This document shows, one piece after another, positions 37,895-53,861 of a stretch of 64,000 bases of DNA. The translations under genes and the position numbers were made by a program. Positions within the stretch are counted from its first letter, which is position 1. Each line of letters begins with the position of its first letter. The DNA is taken from NCBI GenBank assembly GCA_023515725.1, contig JALDTO010000247.1, positions 1-64,000 on the forward strand, written 5' to 3'. The notes beneath the pieces were generated by a model that saw only the letters and a list, made by a program, of their open reading frames with translations, ran no database searches and was not told the origin of the DNA. The stretch is from Amoeboaphelidium protococcarum X5 (taxonomy: Eukaryota; Fungi; Aphelidiomycota).

Positions 37895-38043
37895 TATTCA
37901 ATACAGCAAGTGCTACACTAAATGAGCGATTGAATTAATACCGATAACGAAGAGAAGAAGGCACTTAAGCGCGTTATTTCAGAAGGTTTCGCGCGACAGA
38001 GTTTGACGCGTTTCGAACAGTTCCGTTTCAAGTCACTTTGATC

Positions 38044-38703
38044 ATGTCAACTCTTGCTTGGTGGGACTATATCTATTCACACTATACACACTACTTATCA
38101 TCAAAGCAAAGGAGTATGTTTATGTATAGAGGGTATAAGTCTTTATCTTTTAGGAAACGAGTGGCCAAATAATAATCTAGCCATAATAATGCAGATCGGA
38201 TGTATTTGGACTATACTAATGTACAGTAGTTGGGTGAAATAATCCAGTAATTAAAATGTCTAAACACCGAGTTCCGGGGTTGGTCAAATAATTAGGCCAA
38301 GTCTACCGAGTCAGAGGTGATTCTTGCCGCCTGCAATAAGCTGATAGATGATGGAGAAGTTATAAAGCATGTGGCATATCGATAAGTGATCCCACGGCAA
38401 TCCGGCGGTGGTGTTGCCTGTGAGTTGGATGGCCTAATAGTTCTGGAGAAAGGATTCGTCGTGGTAGAGGCCAAGTCTCATGTGACACTTAACTCAATCA
38501 AGTAGTTAGAAAACTCTTGTGCTCATGTAGACCACCTCTATGGAGGTCCTGTGCGAGGAATGTTGGGAGGTCCTTTGTTCGCTGATAACGTCCAACAGAG
38601 TGCACTTAAACGAAATATTCACGTTATACTGCTCTCTGGAGGCAGATATAAAACAGTTCATTTTCCAAGAGATGGCAGAAAGGCTCATGGTGGTGGAAAA
38701 TGA
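38044..38703 (+). CDS. Small PD-(D/E)xK restriction-endonuclease-fold protein (5' structure uncertain)
   Basis: STESEV helix, then CELDGLIVLEKGFVVVEAKS (E..D..ExK), IKQL helix; open frame to TGA 38701-38703. Confidence 0.6.
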
Positions 38704-38790
38704 ATAAAAAATAATATATATATCTTTGGCAAAGTTCTGTCAAGTTCAGATTTCCTTTAGGATTTTTCTCTTATCTTTGCAAGATCAAAA

Positions 38791-39665
38791 ATGTTTAAAC
38801 TTTTAATCTAGTCCTCAAGCTTGCTGCTTATTGCTTTCAGTTGTATATACGCCTACTCTCTTTTGGTGCCTTTGCTTCTAAATAATTAGAGCATAAAGTT
38901 CTTTCCATTAAATAATTTGGATGATGTCAAATAGTTGTTGCGTTCTCTCTAGCAATCGTCTTCTGATGATCGACAGATCGGCTTGTTTGTCGCGTACTGT
39001 GTAGGCTACCTGATTAAACAGACATTCGCTAGTAATATTTTATGTTGATTGTACATTTTGCATGATTTTATCTCATATGTACTGTTCGCGATGTGTAGTT
39101 CCTGGTAGTGGTCTACTTAATCTATTGGCCGGAGCTCTTTTTGGCCATCTGAATGCTTGGTTTCTAGTTAATACACTGACTGCAGTGGGATCAACGTTAT
39201 CTTATATGCTATCATGGCTCTTTCTATCAGAAATCATCGAGCGGATATCATTTTTGAAGAGGCAAGTGTCCAAATTTAAAAGTCAAGTTGAGACTGCCCG
39301 TAAAAGTAATGATTTACTTACGTACTTGCTGTTCATCAGAATGTTTCCATTCACCCCAAACTGGCTGGTCAACATTGCCTCTCCTCACGTTGACGTTCCC
39401 GTGTGGCCTTTCTTCATCTCGATGCTTATTGGCACTTCACCATACTCATTTGTAAGAAGTACATTAATATTCACTAAATATTAAATGTCATAATCGTGTG
39501 TAGATAACGACGGGGAGCGGTAAAATGTTGAATGAGATTGAATCTCTGAATGACATATTCTAACCGAAACATTTGGCCACTATAGCTCTGATGGCCTTCG
39601 TCATTATGATTCTACCAATGTTGAAGAAACGCGTTCAGTCGAGCGTAGATGTAAAGTCGGATTGA
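38791..39665 (+). CDS. TMEM41/VTT (SNARE-associated, DedA) membrane protein, two introns
   Basis: YLIKQTFA.PGSGLLNLLAGALFG; YLLFIRMFPFTPNWLVNIASP. Confidence 0.85.
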
Positions 39666-39789
39666 GTTTAGTGTGTAAAATTGAACTAATAGATGTTCAT
39701 GCAGATCACTATGTGTAAAAATTCCATAAAGTTGTTGTTTGATTTTCGATTTCGCCACTCGAAACATTCAAAATCAGTCAAGATCAACA

Positions 39790-42296
<2,507 letters not shown>

Positions 42297-43151
42297 GAAG
42301 CGTTTGTGAGTTGAGCTACATTTACGATATGATAAATATGTAAATTCAATAACTTGGCATAGAGTATGTTTAATTTTTTTTAGAATGGCGTTGGATCATT
42401 TTGCTTTAGTAAGTGAGTAATTATGTGGACTCTTCAACAGCTACATCGTTCCCGTACGTTTCAATGAATTAACATTTTAATTACTTTAGCAGCAGAAGAT
42501 TTTATTCATTGACTTCTTTATAATTGCTTGCATTGCATTAAATCATTTCAAGTAAATAGACCACGAGATTTGTTATAAATCGCTTCCAGGACCGACCCAA
42601 TATTTAAACCACTCGGCTTTTGTGAAGCTCTTCATTGACACCACTTCCACTAACATTTTGTAACATTCCCATCCCAGGCTAGTCGAATGAATATGGAGAC
42701 CCAGTCAAACTCAGAACTTCAGACTGCTAAAACCAAGATTACGTCGCATCGCCAATAAGCACCAAAGACTGTTTTAGCACAGAATTCCCGTATTACACAC
42801 ACGATAATGCTAAAAGCTCCACATGATCTAAAGGAGTCAATTACTTGATAGTTTGTGGGTATGCTTTGAACAAAATCCCGTTTATATCATACCGCGTGTT
42901 TGCTGTGCGTATCGAACGTTGGCTATATAAATTCTGCACAGACGCGTTACCTCTGTTCACCATTGACACCGTTACTAGACACGGAATGCTAGAAATTAAG
43001 TATATCGAAATCTCTACTACTATTTTATACCAAACGACACAAAAATTATTCGTTTTATATTTAATATATCTCTATTTGTCTTCAACTATATTTTTCACTT
43101 CTGCGGTGTCTGTAACAGCCGGTGGGTCATCATCAAACAGTATAGTCAATG

Positions 43152-44838
43152 CCAAAATTTCGGTTTAAAGCGCTATCAATATCTACTCAATCTTTAATCG
43201 AATCCACTTTAGGGAAGCTCTTCATCGATTGTGGCTTTGTCTACAGCCTCTAGAATCCCATTGGGCAACCTCAGAATCTCTGATTGCAAAAACCAAGCGT
43301 CTTTCGCATCACCAATTAGCAATACTGATTATTTGATAGTGTTAGTCCCATCTTGACCAGCGGATACGTATGATAATGCCAAAAGCTCAAAATAGTCTGA
43401 AATATCCAACTACTAAATCGCTTCAGAATAATCGCATTTTATCAGGAAATCCCAAAGCTGATATTTGATTATCCACAACTCTACACGTTTAAAAGGACCA
43501 CGCACAATTGATTGCAAAAGAACCACAAATTATTTAAATTCCACAAAGTTTGCCTTAATGACCAATTTAAAGTCTTCAATAAGACGTAGATGTCCTTGGT
43601 GTTCTTGGAGCAGAGTTGGAACATTAACTAATTCAGAGGCTAACTTTGTAATGTCCCACGGCGACTATAAGATACTGAACGGGGATACGAACTAAAGTGG
43701 TTCCAACTTACCCAATGCTATAAGACAAATAAATATACGAGGGAATAAACTAAGTATTGATAAATTGCTAATCATGAAGAAACTTGACATTAATAGCTGG
43801 TTAGACGGATGAAGCAATTTTGAGCAGAAGTACGGCGTGCGGGTATTGGAAATCCATCCTACTTATACCAACGTCGAACCGAACCAAGTATGTAATCTAA
43901 CCAGCATAAGCTTCTTGTTCAAATAATCTAAAAACCTACTCCATCTTGCCAGAAAAAAGCGCGTATTACTGTTAGGTTAGACTTTAAATACCAAATATAA
44001 GTTCAATCTGACGGACAGACTTCAAGAGGTCCATTTGAGAGAAGTGAATGTTACCACCTTCCAGAATCGATTGCATGACTATCGCGGTGACTATCAGATG
44101 TAATTCAAAGCCAACCTTCATCAAACCTGACAATTGATGTTGATCTATAGCAGATTGTAAGCTCTCTTGCGCATTTCGAGCCTAAGCATTAGCCATGACG
44201 CGTAAGATAACGTCATCGCTCCCTTCAATTCTCTCTGCAACAATATTTACACGTTCCTCCAGCAGTAAAGTGATCTTCCAGCCAAAGTTTTAGAATATTT
44301 CAGGATCACGGATAGACGAGCTTGACTAAGAATGATCAATTCAAATTCTGATAACTCAATTGGGGAAAGCTTTTGAGACAGATGCTAAAGCTATTTTATG
44401 ATATTCGTATCGATCTAATCAAAAGCATCAACAACAAATCGTAGACGATTATGCTTTATCCAATCCAGGGAGATTTAGTTCAGTACGTGAAAGTCTGCAT
44501 CTACACCACTTTATGCATATTTTATCAACTTGAATGCCTTATACTTGAAAGACTAGATTTACACCATTATACCACGTGCTCTTGCCTGGAAATAAGGCCA
44601 CTACTCGATGACATTCGATACCCAGAATACTAATAGCAATATGCCCTACAAAGTTGTGAAAGTAATGCATCGCTTCCTATGTGGGTATCCATTCAGGCAG
44701 CTGATCGAGAAAAGAGTATATAAGACTACCTGCATCTGGTGGAATTCTTGGCATTACCAGTGCCTCATCAATATCAGATCCATGGCAAATAAAAGGAAGC
44801 GTAAGAACCTAAATCAATACATCTAGAATAAGTCTCAT
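43152..44838 (-). pseudogene. Disrupted tandem paralog of the 45159-46889 gene
   Basis: Collinear homology to 45159-46889 with about four frameshifts (~44645, ~44550, ~44310, and a 4-bp AAAT duplication at ~43727-43734), a premature TGA at 44428-44430 in the start frame, and TGG->TGA near the end. Confidence 0.75.
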
Positions 44839-45158
44839 ATTTATTGAACCAGTATAAACCAAAGATTTAAATTTCAATGATACAAAAATAGAATACTTCT
44901 AGTTTAAATTGATATTTCACGTTTTCACCAGGGGTGACGTTATATGTATCGCTTCGGCAAAAAGCACTTACTGGCATTTAGCAATATACTGCATATGAGA
45001 TCAAGATAGTAGGTGTAATTGGTCCTTGAAGCTGAAGATATATCAATTTAAAGTTAAAGTTTCATGAAAACAATATCTTTTATTCTATAAACTCTATTCC
45101 ATTCTTCTATAGTGTCTATAACAGTTGGTAATCACCAACCAACCAAGTGAGTTGAATA

Positions 45159-46889
45159 TCAAAATTTCGATCTAAATCGCTACCAGGATTGTCTAAACCT
45201 TTGACTGAAGCGGTTCATGGGAAGATCTTCGCGTACACTTTCATAAACGTTAGTCTTTAACATTACCGGGGAAGCTTCGTCTACAGTCTCTGGAATCCCA
45301 TTGGGCAAACTCAGAATCTCTGATTGCAGAAACCAGGCGTGCTTAGCGTTGCCAATTAACAATACTGATTATTTGACAATAGGAGTCCCAACATTAGCAT
45401 ATGGTACGTATGATAATGCCAGGAGCTCAAAATGATTTGGGGTATTCAGCTCTTAAACCATTTCAGATAAATTTGATTCCATCAATTATTACCAGAGGCC
45501 TACCTTTTCAATAATCAGCTCTACACGTTTAAAAGGGCCCAAAAGAATTGATTTAAGCAGAGTCATCAACTATTCAACGTGCACATAGTTTACCATAACA
45601 AATATTTTGAAGTCTTGAATCAGATGCGGATGTCTTTAACGTTCTTCCAGCATAGTTGGAACACTAGCTAATACAGAAGCGAACATAGCAATGTCCTACG
45701 ACGATTATAGAATACTGAATGGAGACACGAACGAGAGCGGTTGTAACTTACCCAATGCTATCAGACAAATATACGAGGGAACGAGTTAATTATTGCTAAT
45801 TCGTTCGCCAGGTAAAAACTGGACATTAATAGTTGGCGTGACGGATGAAGCAGCTTCGAGCAGATTTGTAGCGTAAGGCTAATGTAGATGTATTCCATTT
45901 TTACCAACGTTGAACCCAACTAAGTATGTGATCTAACCACCATAAGCTTCTTGTTCAAATAATCCAATAATCTTCTCCATCTTGCCAGAAAAAAGCGCGT
46001 GTTACTGTTAGATAAGACTTTAAAAACCAAAAATAAGTTCAATCTGACGAATAGACTTCAAGAGGTCCATTTAGGAGCATTAAATGTCGGTACTCTGCAA
46101 AATCCGATGTATGGCAAACTCAGAAGCGGTGAGATATAATTCAAAGCCAACCTCCATCATGTTCTACAAATGAAAATTATCGATCGCAGACCGTAGACGC
46201 TAAACTTTATCTTGAGACTGATCATCAGCCATGATGCGCAAATTAACATCGTCACTATTCTCAATTCTCACTGCATCAAGAACAAAATATTGCTAAACCA
46301 CTATAGTGGTCTTCCATCTAACACCTGAAAATTCCCGTGGGTCACGAAAGGCCAAACTCTCCTACGAACCAACAATCCTTAACTCGAATTCATCCAACTC
46401 AGCTTCAGGGAGCACCTGTGACAAAATATTTAACTATTCCAGCAGATTAGCATCTATCTAATCATTGGCTCTAATGACATATCGTAAACGGTTGTGTTAG
46501 ATCCAATCCAAAATCAGTCGATTCAAAACGTGAAAATCATTATGAGCACGTTACGCATTTATCATCAACTTTAATGCCTTGTACTTGAATGACGAAACTC
46601 TACACCACTTTATGACATTGTTCAATTTGGGAATCAGAGCACCGCTAGACGCCAACCGGTATTATGAATATTAATTGCAAAATGCCATACTGCGTTGAAA
46701 ATAATGCATCACATCCTCAGTGGGTCTCCATTAAGGCTACTGGTCATGGTGATCTAGCAAAGAGTAGATCCGATTGCCGACATCTGTGGGAATTCTCGGC
46801 ATTACCGCCGGTCCCTCCTCAGTTTCAAAGCAATTGCAGATAAAAGATAGCGCAATAACCTTTATCAGTATAGCCAGAATCAAGGTCAT
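45159..46889 (-). CDS. Putative secreted protein of unknown function (~576 aa)
   Basis: Intact with TAR=Gln; hydrophobic N-terminus MTLILAILIKVIALSFICNC; then MPRIPTDVGNRIYSLL. Confidence 0.7.
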
Positions 46890-47193
46890 ATTCAGCTCTC
46901 ACGCAATAAATTCAAAAATTGCTAGATATGAGTTCAAGTTGAGCAGAAGGTCTGGGTTTGAATTATTGAAGTGAGATTGGTTACTTACCCCTATGGGTGA
47001 TATCATTTGTATCACGTTAAATAAAGTCATGTGCAACGCGTAAAACGATGCTCATGGCGCATTTCCAAACTCCGCCAGAAATTTCGTTGAGTCGTCCGAT
47101 TGGCAATAATAGTCGCAGCGCGTAACAAAAAGAGCTAGAATATGAAGTGTCTGAAGATTTTGAATATTAATCTAAATGCATATTGCGGTACTT

Positions 47194-48178
47194 TCATTTC
47201 TTGTTCCCCTTCTTTAAAGACGATGGATTCTCAGGTTGGAGCAACTACTTAACCATCTTGTTCATCATGTCTAATTCCTCCTGCAATGGGGTTCCATGGG
47301 CTTTCCATCTAATGTTACCATGCTGGTCAAGGAGGAACACCCAACCAATAAGAGAATTCTTGATATCAAGTTAAAGTCGTTCTTTAGTCAGAGGCCCATA
47401 ATGCTGTAAGTAAGAGACGCGATCTTTTACGTCAACAGCGGCGCGTAACTATCTTGTAAAAAGCCATCCGAACATTGACATGTACGGACTTTCATAGACA
47501 ACCACGTCCACAACGCCCACCTTTTTGTTATCAGAGGTACCATTCATAACCTATTACTTGAAAGCATCCCTCCACATTTAGAGTTGAGACTACACAGAGC
47601 TGTACAGATATTGCGTACTATTTTACGATATAAAATACTAACCTCTCCTGATTATCGCATTTTAATCAATACCAGGCTAACCTTGGCATCCTACTATTTT
47701 ACTATTCTAAAGAGCGAACTTTTATTCTAATTCAAGTCATGTCCAGCAATCTCCGGCATCTTCTAGGCCTTCTACACCATTCTAAGGAAATATGAGTTTC
47801 TGATACTGAACACATAATGAAAGATGGTTCTTACCGAAAGAGGTATCAACTATGACGCGCCGAAATAGTATTTGCCTTGATTTTACGCAAATTCTACATA
47901 CTCAATTTAAAGCGACGCAACATACTCAAATCAGACCTGAAATATTTAACCTGCTTACCGGTAATCTCGCGTTTAAATGACCCAGCATTCAGAGCATTGA
48001 CTTTTCTACACTGATAGTAGGTGAATATAAGAACGATACCGCAATTATAAAATATCGCTTACAAGCGCTCCTGCTAATCTTTCAGACTGAGACGCTTTCT
48101 CCATGGCAGAAAATCCCACAACCACGCTGCATACGGAATATGACGCGATATATCCACTCTGCGCTTCATATTCTGCAT
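47194..48178 (-). CDS. ATP10: Mitochondrial ATPase assembly factor Atp10, introns
   Basis: C-terminal NSLIGWVFLLDQHGNIRWKAHGTPLQEE resembles Atp10 N..GYVYLVD...IRWAG.G...EE. Confidence 0.7.
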
Positions 48179-48713
48179 ATTATTATCTATTTTAATGGTA
48201 TACGAATTGGTATCACTCACTACAAATAAGTAATTGGAATTTCTTCTTCTCGAACGATTTCAATCAGACGTTGTAATAAACGTTCGTTGCAGTTGCTCAT
48301 CGTCGCGCGGTTTTAGCTCTCAATCGGTCTTTTTATCTTCCATTGACAGTAACAGTTTTAGCTTTAACGCCTAAAAGGAGAATGAAAGACAGTAATGAAA
48401 CACATAAGGTGAAAGAGAGTAATGACTTTAAATTGCAAACAATCAAACGGATCTAAATGCAACTTAGACAAGGACAGAGTGGAGCTTTGGAGAAAAGTAC
48501 GAAATAAATAACTGATACAATGAAAATGCTTTTAGATGGCTCCCGCGATGACCTGACTTGGTAGAAGGATAAATAATGACATTGCATGTATTCATAACGG
48601 GAATCATATTGAACATAAAGACTCAGTGCTGGTGCGCATATACATGAAATGAAAAAATGAAATGGTGTAAATGGCAACAATCTACTGCACTTATTAACTT
48701 CATCCTTCACTTC

Positions 48714-49160
48714 TCAGCTGGTTGCCTGCTTCAGGTAAGCAATCAGATCAGCACGCTCTTCAGGCTTCTTCAAACCAGCAAAGGCCATCTTGGTGCCAGG
48801 GATGTACTTCTTTGGATTCTCCAGGTACTCAAACAGAGTATCCTCACTCCAGGTGATACCCTTGTTGACATTGGCTGCGGTGTAGGAGTATCCCTCAGCC
48901 TGACCAGTCTTACGGCCAAACAATCCGTGCAAGTTAGGACCTACATAATGTAAAGATGAGGCGAGTTGTAATAATGACGTCAGATGGATTGGATCATACC
49001 CAGCTTGTGCGGTTGTCCCTACATGGTAATAAATGAATTAGATATCAGACATGCAAATAATAAAAATACAAATTCTTACCGCTTCCAAAGTGTGACACTG
49101 AGCACAACGAGTCTAAAATAGCTTTGCTCCCTTCTTTGTATTTCCTTGTGGAATGCCCAT
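48714..49160 (-). CDS. CYC1: Cytochrome c, three exons including a 19-nt microexon
   Basis: [14 protein letters not shown] heme motif; [14 protein letters not shown]; [18 protein letters not shown]. Confidence 0.97.
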
Positions 49161-49453
49161 CTTGTGTAATAATCAAATCTCAATAAATCAATCAGTCAAG
49201 CGAGTAATAAAATCGAAAAAATCGCACAGATCATCAGAGCAAAGAAACTTTTTCGGATCGTTCGATTTTCACACCCGAGCCGCACACTCGATCAACAAAG
49301 CGATCGCTCACAATTTCTCGCCTGTTTGGGTTGGTTTTTAGACGCGCATGGAAACAGCATATTGGCTGGCATAAACAAGGCGCATAAGAGGGAAACGCTT
49401 TTACGTGACACATCATCATCTATATTAATGGTATCAATGTATAACTTTAAATC

Positions 49454-51409
49454 TCAAAGGCTTACCAGCTTGATAAAGGCATCATGTGGAATTTATACCT
49501 TTCCAATTTATCGCATCTTCTTCTTGCCTTCTTTCTATTTGTCAAGTAATTTACGCTTTCTAGTCTGGTCTCCGCCGTAAAGCTTAGCAGTCACATCTTT
49601 TCGGTATGCACTAATAGTCTCTCGCGCCAAACTTTTACCATTCATCAGAGCCTAGATCTTGACTTCAAATAGATCTCGTGGTATAATTTCTTTCAGCTTT
49701 GCGCATATTCGTCTGCCTTTTGATTCTGCTGCAGATCTATGACAAATGGCAGAAAATGCATCCACCACCTCATTGTTGAGTGCAATCTCAATTTTAACCA
49801 GATCGGATTCTTTGTACTAGGATTCCACGTAATCAAAACTCGCATATCCACTGGTGACAGATTTAAGAGTGGCAAAGAAATGAGATTCGCTCACTTCAGC
49901 TAGTGGAAGTTCATACTTCAATAGCAGTCTGTCATTGCCAATGTAACTCATATCGATCTGAACACCCCGTCTCTCTTCACACAGCTTGATTACTTCGCCA
50001 ACGTACTCGTCAGGGAATATCATGGTGGATTCAATCATTGGCTCTTGAAAGCATTAAATATCAGTATTGAATGTTGGAAACTCCACTGGATTCTCCACCA
50101 TCACGGTCTTACCAGCTAATTCTCGCTTCTTACCGCTAAGATTGGATTTATACACAACTTTATATGGGACTGATGGAGCACAGACCAGCACATCTAATCC
50201 ATGTTCATCCTGGATACGTTATCTCACCACATCCATGTGCAATAAACCTTCAAATCCAAGTCTAAATCCAAGTCCTAACATGGCGCTTTTGGTTCTGCTA
50301 ACGTGTCCATTCAGAGACGAGTCGGTAAGCATCAATTTATTCAGAGCATACTGGAGTTGATCAAATTCTGATACTGAGCTTGGGAACAGTGATGCAAAGA
50401 TTTTCGGCACAGACTTGCCAAGATTAACTTTTGTATCCACATTTATAACTGGTGCAGATGTTCCACTAGACTGATAAAGAGTATCCCCAATTATAATATC
50501 ATTTAGTGACTTGACATTAGAGAGGACTAGGTATCCAATCATACCTGGCTTGAGGCAAGGTATTGATTAACGTTCCGGATGCATAATACCACAGTCGGTG
50601 ACTGTATAAGAGTTTTGCGCGTCACCTAATTTGGAGTAAGACATTATAGTATCACCTCTCTTAATTTCACCTTTTTGAACCACCACTAATATTATCGGTC
50701 CTTCGTAAACATCATGCCAGCTATCAAACAAAAGACTTTGCATCTTCAGGTTATTATCTTCAGTTAATGATTCAACAGGGCTTCTGACTCTTCCCACTAC
50801 GGCTTTGATCAATTCCTATATACCATAACCAGATTTTGCGCTAATCTGTATCAAATCTCGAGGTTCTATATTGAGAATCTCTTGTAGTTCATCAGAAACC
50901 CTCTGCACATTAGAGTGCGGCAGATCGATCTTATTGAGAACGGGGATAACATCAAGCCCAAACTTCAACTTCGCCAGATTATAATTAGCCAAAGTCTGTG
51001 CCTGTATGCCTTGTGACGCGTCAACGAGCAAAAGGGCGCCATCGCTGGCAGTCAGAGATCGCTCAACTTCATGCGAGAAATCATTATGACCAGGAGAGTC
51101 CACCATGTTAAGAAGATAGTGTTTAGAGTCATCGGGACATTTATATATCATAGATGCAGTCTATGCCTTTACTGTAATTCCACGCTCCTTTTCCACTTTG
51201 AGCTTATCCATATAAAGGCCATCACTAAATCTAATTGTACCAGTGTGTTCTAATAATCTCTACGCGCAAGTAGACTTGCCATGATCTATATGAGCAATGA
51301 TGGTAAAATTCCTTATTCTCTCAACAGGTATACCGCGCAATCGAGATGCCAAATCGCTCTACCATCGCCTTCCATGCACTATTTACTTTAATCTTTTGCG
51401 TAATATCAT
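49454..51409 (-). CDS. GUF1: Mitochondrial translation factor Guf1 (LepA/EF4, ~651 aa)
   Basis: [14 protein letters not shown]; [10 protein letters not shown]; [13 protein letters not shown]; [12 protein letters not shown]; GYASFDY; [12 protein letters not shown]. Confidence 0.95.
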
Positions 51410-51622
51410 TACAAACTGATTATAAAAATTAATCGCAATTCTGTTAAATGATAATTTACAAGTACTTTGTTCAAGTTCGCTTAGTATAAAGTCGCGTCTC
51501 TCTTTAAGCTTTCAGTTAATTCTTCAGTTGTTCTCACAAAGTCTCTTGCTTCAACAGCATTATACACTCCCAACTTGTAACAATCGAAGAGAATTAGTTT
51601 GGATAATTTCAATAGGCAAGTT

Positions 51623-53806
51623 ATGAGCAGACTGTCAATAATTAAGCATGTAAGATGGTAGTCAAGCAAGGTCAAGTTGGACGAAAAATGGTCGTAGCTG
51701 GTGAATAAAGAGCTGAAGGGAAAGAAGAAGGCGGAGGACTTGGTGTGGGAAACTATTGAAGGTATCTCTGTAAAACCACTGTATACCGCTGATGATACTC
51801 TAGATATTAAGCCTGAGGTGAGCGGAGAGTTTCCGTACACAAGAGGACCCTATGCATCAATGTACACGTTCAGACCGTGGACCATCCGTCAATATGCCGG
51901 CTTTAGTACCGTGGAAGAGTCCAACAAGTTTTATAAGAAGAATTTGGCGGCCGGTCAGCAGGGATTGAGTGTTGCCTTTGACTTGGCCACACATCGTGGC
52001 TATGACTCGGACAATCCCCGCGTGGAGGGTGATGTTGGCATGGCTGGTGTGGCTATCGACTCTGTGGAGGATATGAAGATTTTGTTTGATGGTGTCCCGC
52101 TTGATAAGATTTCCACCAGTATGACGATGAATGGTGCCGTCCTCCCCATCCTGGCCATGTTCATTGTGGCAGCTGAAGAATCTGGTGTTGATAAGAAACT
52201 GCTGGCTGGCACTATATAGAACGATATTCTGAAGGAGTTTATGGTTAGGAACACGTACATTTATCCACCGAAAGAGAGTATGAAGATTATTGCAGATATC
52301 TTTGAGTACACGGCCAAGTACATGCCCAAATTTAATAGTATTTCCATTAGTGGATATCACATACAAGAAGCTGGTGCGGATAATGTTCTTGAATTGGCTT
52401 TCACTCTCGCCGATGGACTCGAATATGTGCGTACTGGTATTAATGCTGGTTTAACAGTTGACCAGTTTGCACCTAGACTATCCTTCTTCTTTGGTATTGG
52501 AATGAATTTCTATATGGAGATTGCAAAGCTTCGTGCTGCCAGGAGATTATGGGCACAGTTGCTCAAGGAGAAGTTCAATCCATAAAATAGAAAGTCTCTG
52601 CTCCTTAGAACTCACTGTCAAACATCTGGATGGTCACTGACCGAGCAAGATCCATATAATAATATCATCAGAACAACTGTTGAGGCTATGAGTGCTGTCC
52701 TTGGTGGTACTCAATCTCTTCATACCAATTCATTTGATGAGGCTGTGGGATTGCCAACCGAATTTAGTGCCAGAATTGCGAGAAATACCCAACTGATCTT
52801 ATAGATGGAAGCAATGATACCCAAGGTTGCTGATCCTTTTGGTGGCTCTTATATGATGGAGTCTCTGACTGATGAACTGTGTACTAAGGCTCTGGATATT
52901 ATTAAAGAGGTCGAAGAGTTGGGCGGTATGGCAAAGGCGGTGTAGAGTGGAATGCCAAAGCTGAGGATTGAAGAAGCTGCTGCCAAACGATAAGCAAGGA
53001 TTGATAGTGGAAAGGAGGCGATCATTGGAGTGAATAAATACAAGCTGGAACATGAGACTCCGATAGATGTACTAGCCATTGATAATACATCAGTGAGGAA
53101 TAGTTAAATCAATAGACTCAAGAAGATGCGCGCTGAACGTGACACCTCAAAAGCGGAAGATATTCTTAACCAGCTGACAGAGTGTGCCAAGTCTGGCCAG
53201 GGAAATTTGATGGAGTTATCTGTGGAAGCTGCCAGGAGACGTTGCTCTGTAGGAGAGATATCCGATGCTTTGGAAAAGGTTTGGGGCAGATATTAGCCAA
53301 CTATTCGTGTGATCAGCGGTGCTTACAAGTCTGAATTCGGTGCAGATCAGGAGATTGAGTAGACTCTGAAAATGGTTGAGGACTTTGAGCAGAAGGAGGG
53401 CCGCAGACCGAGAATTCTGGTGGCCAAAATGGGGTAGGATGGTCATGATCGTGGAGCAAAAGTTATAGCTACCGGATTCAGTGATTTGGGATTCGATGTT
53501 GATATTGGACCTCTATTTCAGACACCGGCCGAAGTTGCCAGACAGGTTGTTGATGCGGATGTTCATGTGGTCGGTATTAGTTCTCAGGCTGCCGGCCACA
53601 AGACTTTGGTACCTGCTCTGATTGCAGAATTGAAGAAATTAGGTGTCGGTGATAAACTCGTGGTTGTAGGAGGAGTAATTCCATCTTAAGATTATGACTT
53701 CTTGAAGAAGGCTGGTGTATCTGCCATCTTTGGACCAGGCACTAGAATTCCAATCGCTGCATAATAAATAATCAAATAGCTTGAAGCCAAAGTGTAGCAG
53801 AAATGA
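51623..53806 (+). CDS. MUT: Methylmalonyl-CoA mutase, adenosylcobalamin-dependent (~727 aa)
   Basis: [11 protein letters not shown]; GTIQNDILKEF; [11 protein letters not shown]; RIARNTQL; AKMGQDGHDRG B12-binding motif (Q=TAG 53435-53437). Confidence 0.97.
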
Positions 53807-53861
53807 ACACTATAATTGGATACTTAATCTGTAATACTGTAATTCAAATTGTCGCATTTGA

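Noticed and set aside
42385-43100. Short open frames between ABZ1 and the pseudogene
   Set aside because: No motif or homology visible; cannot be supported
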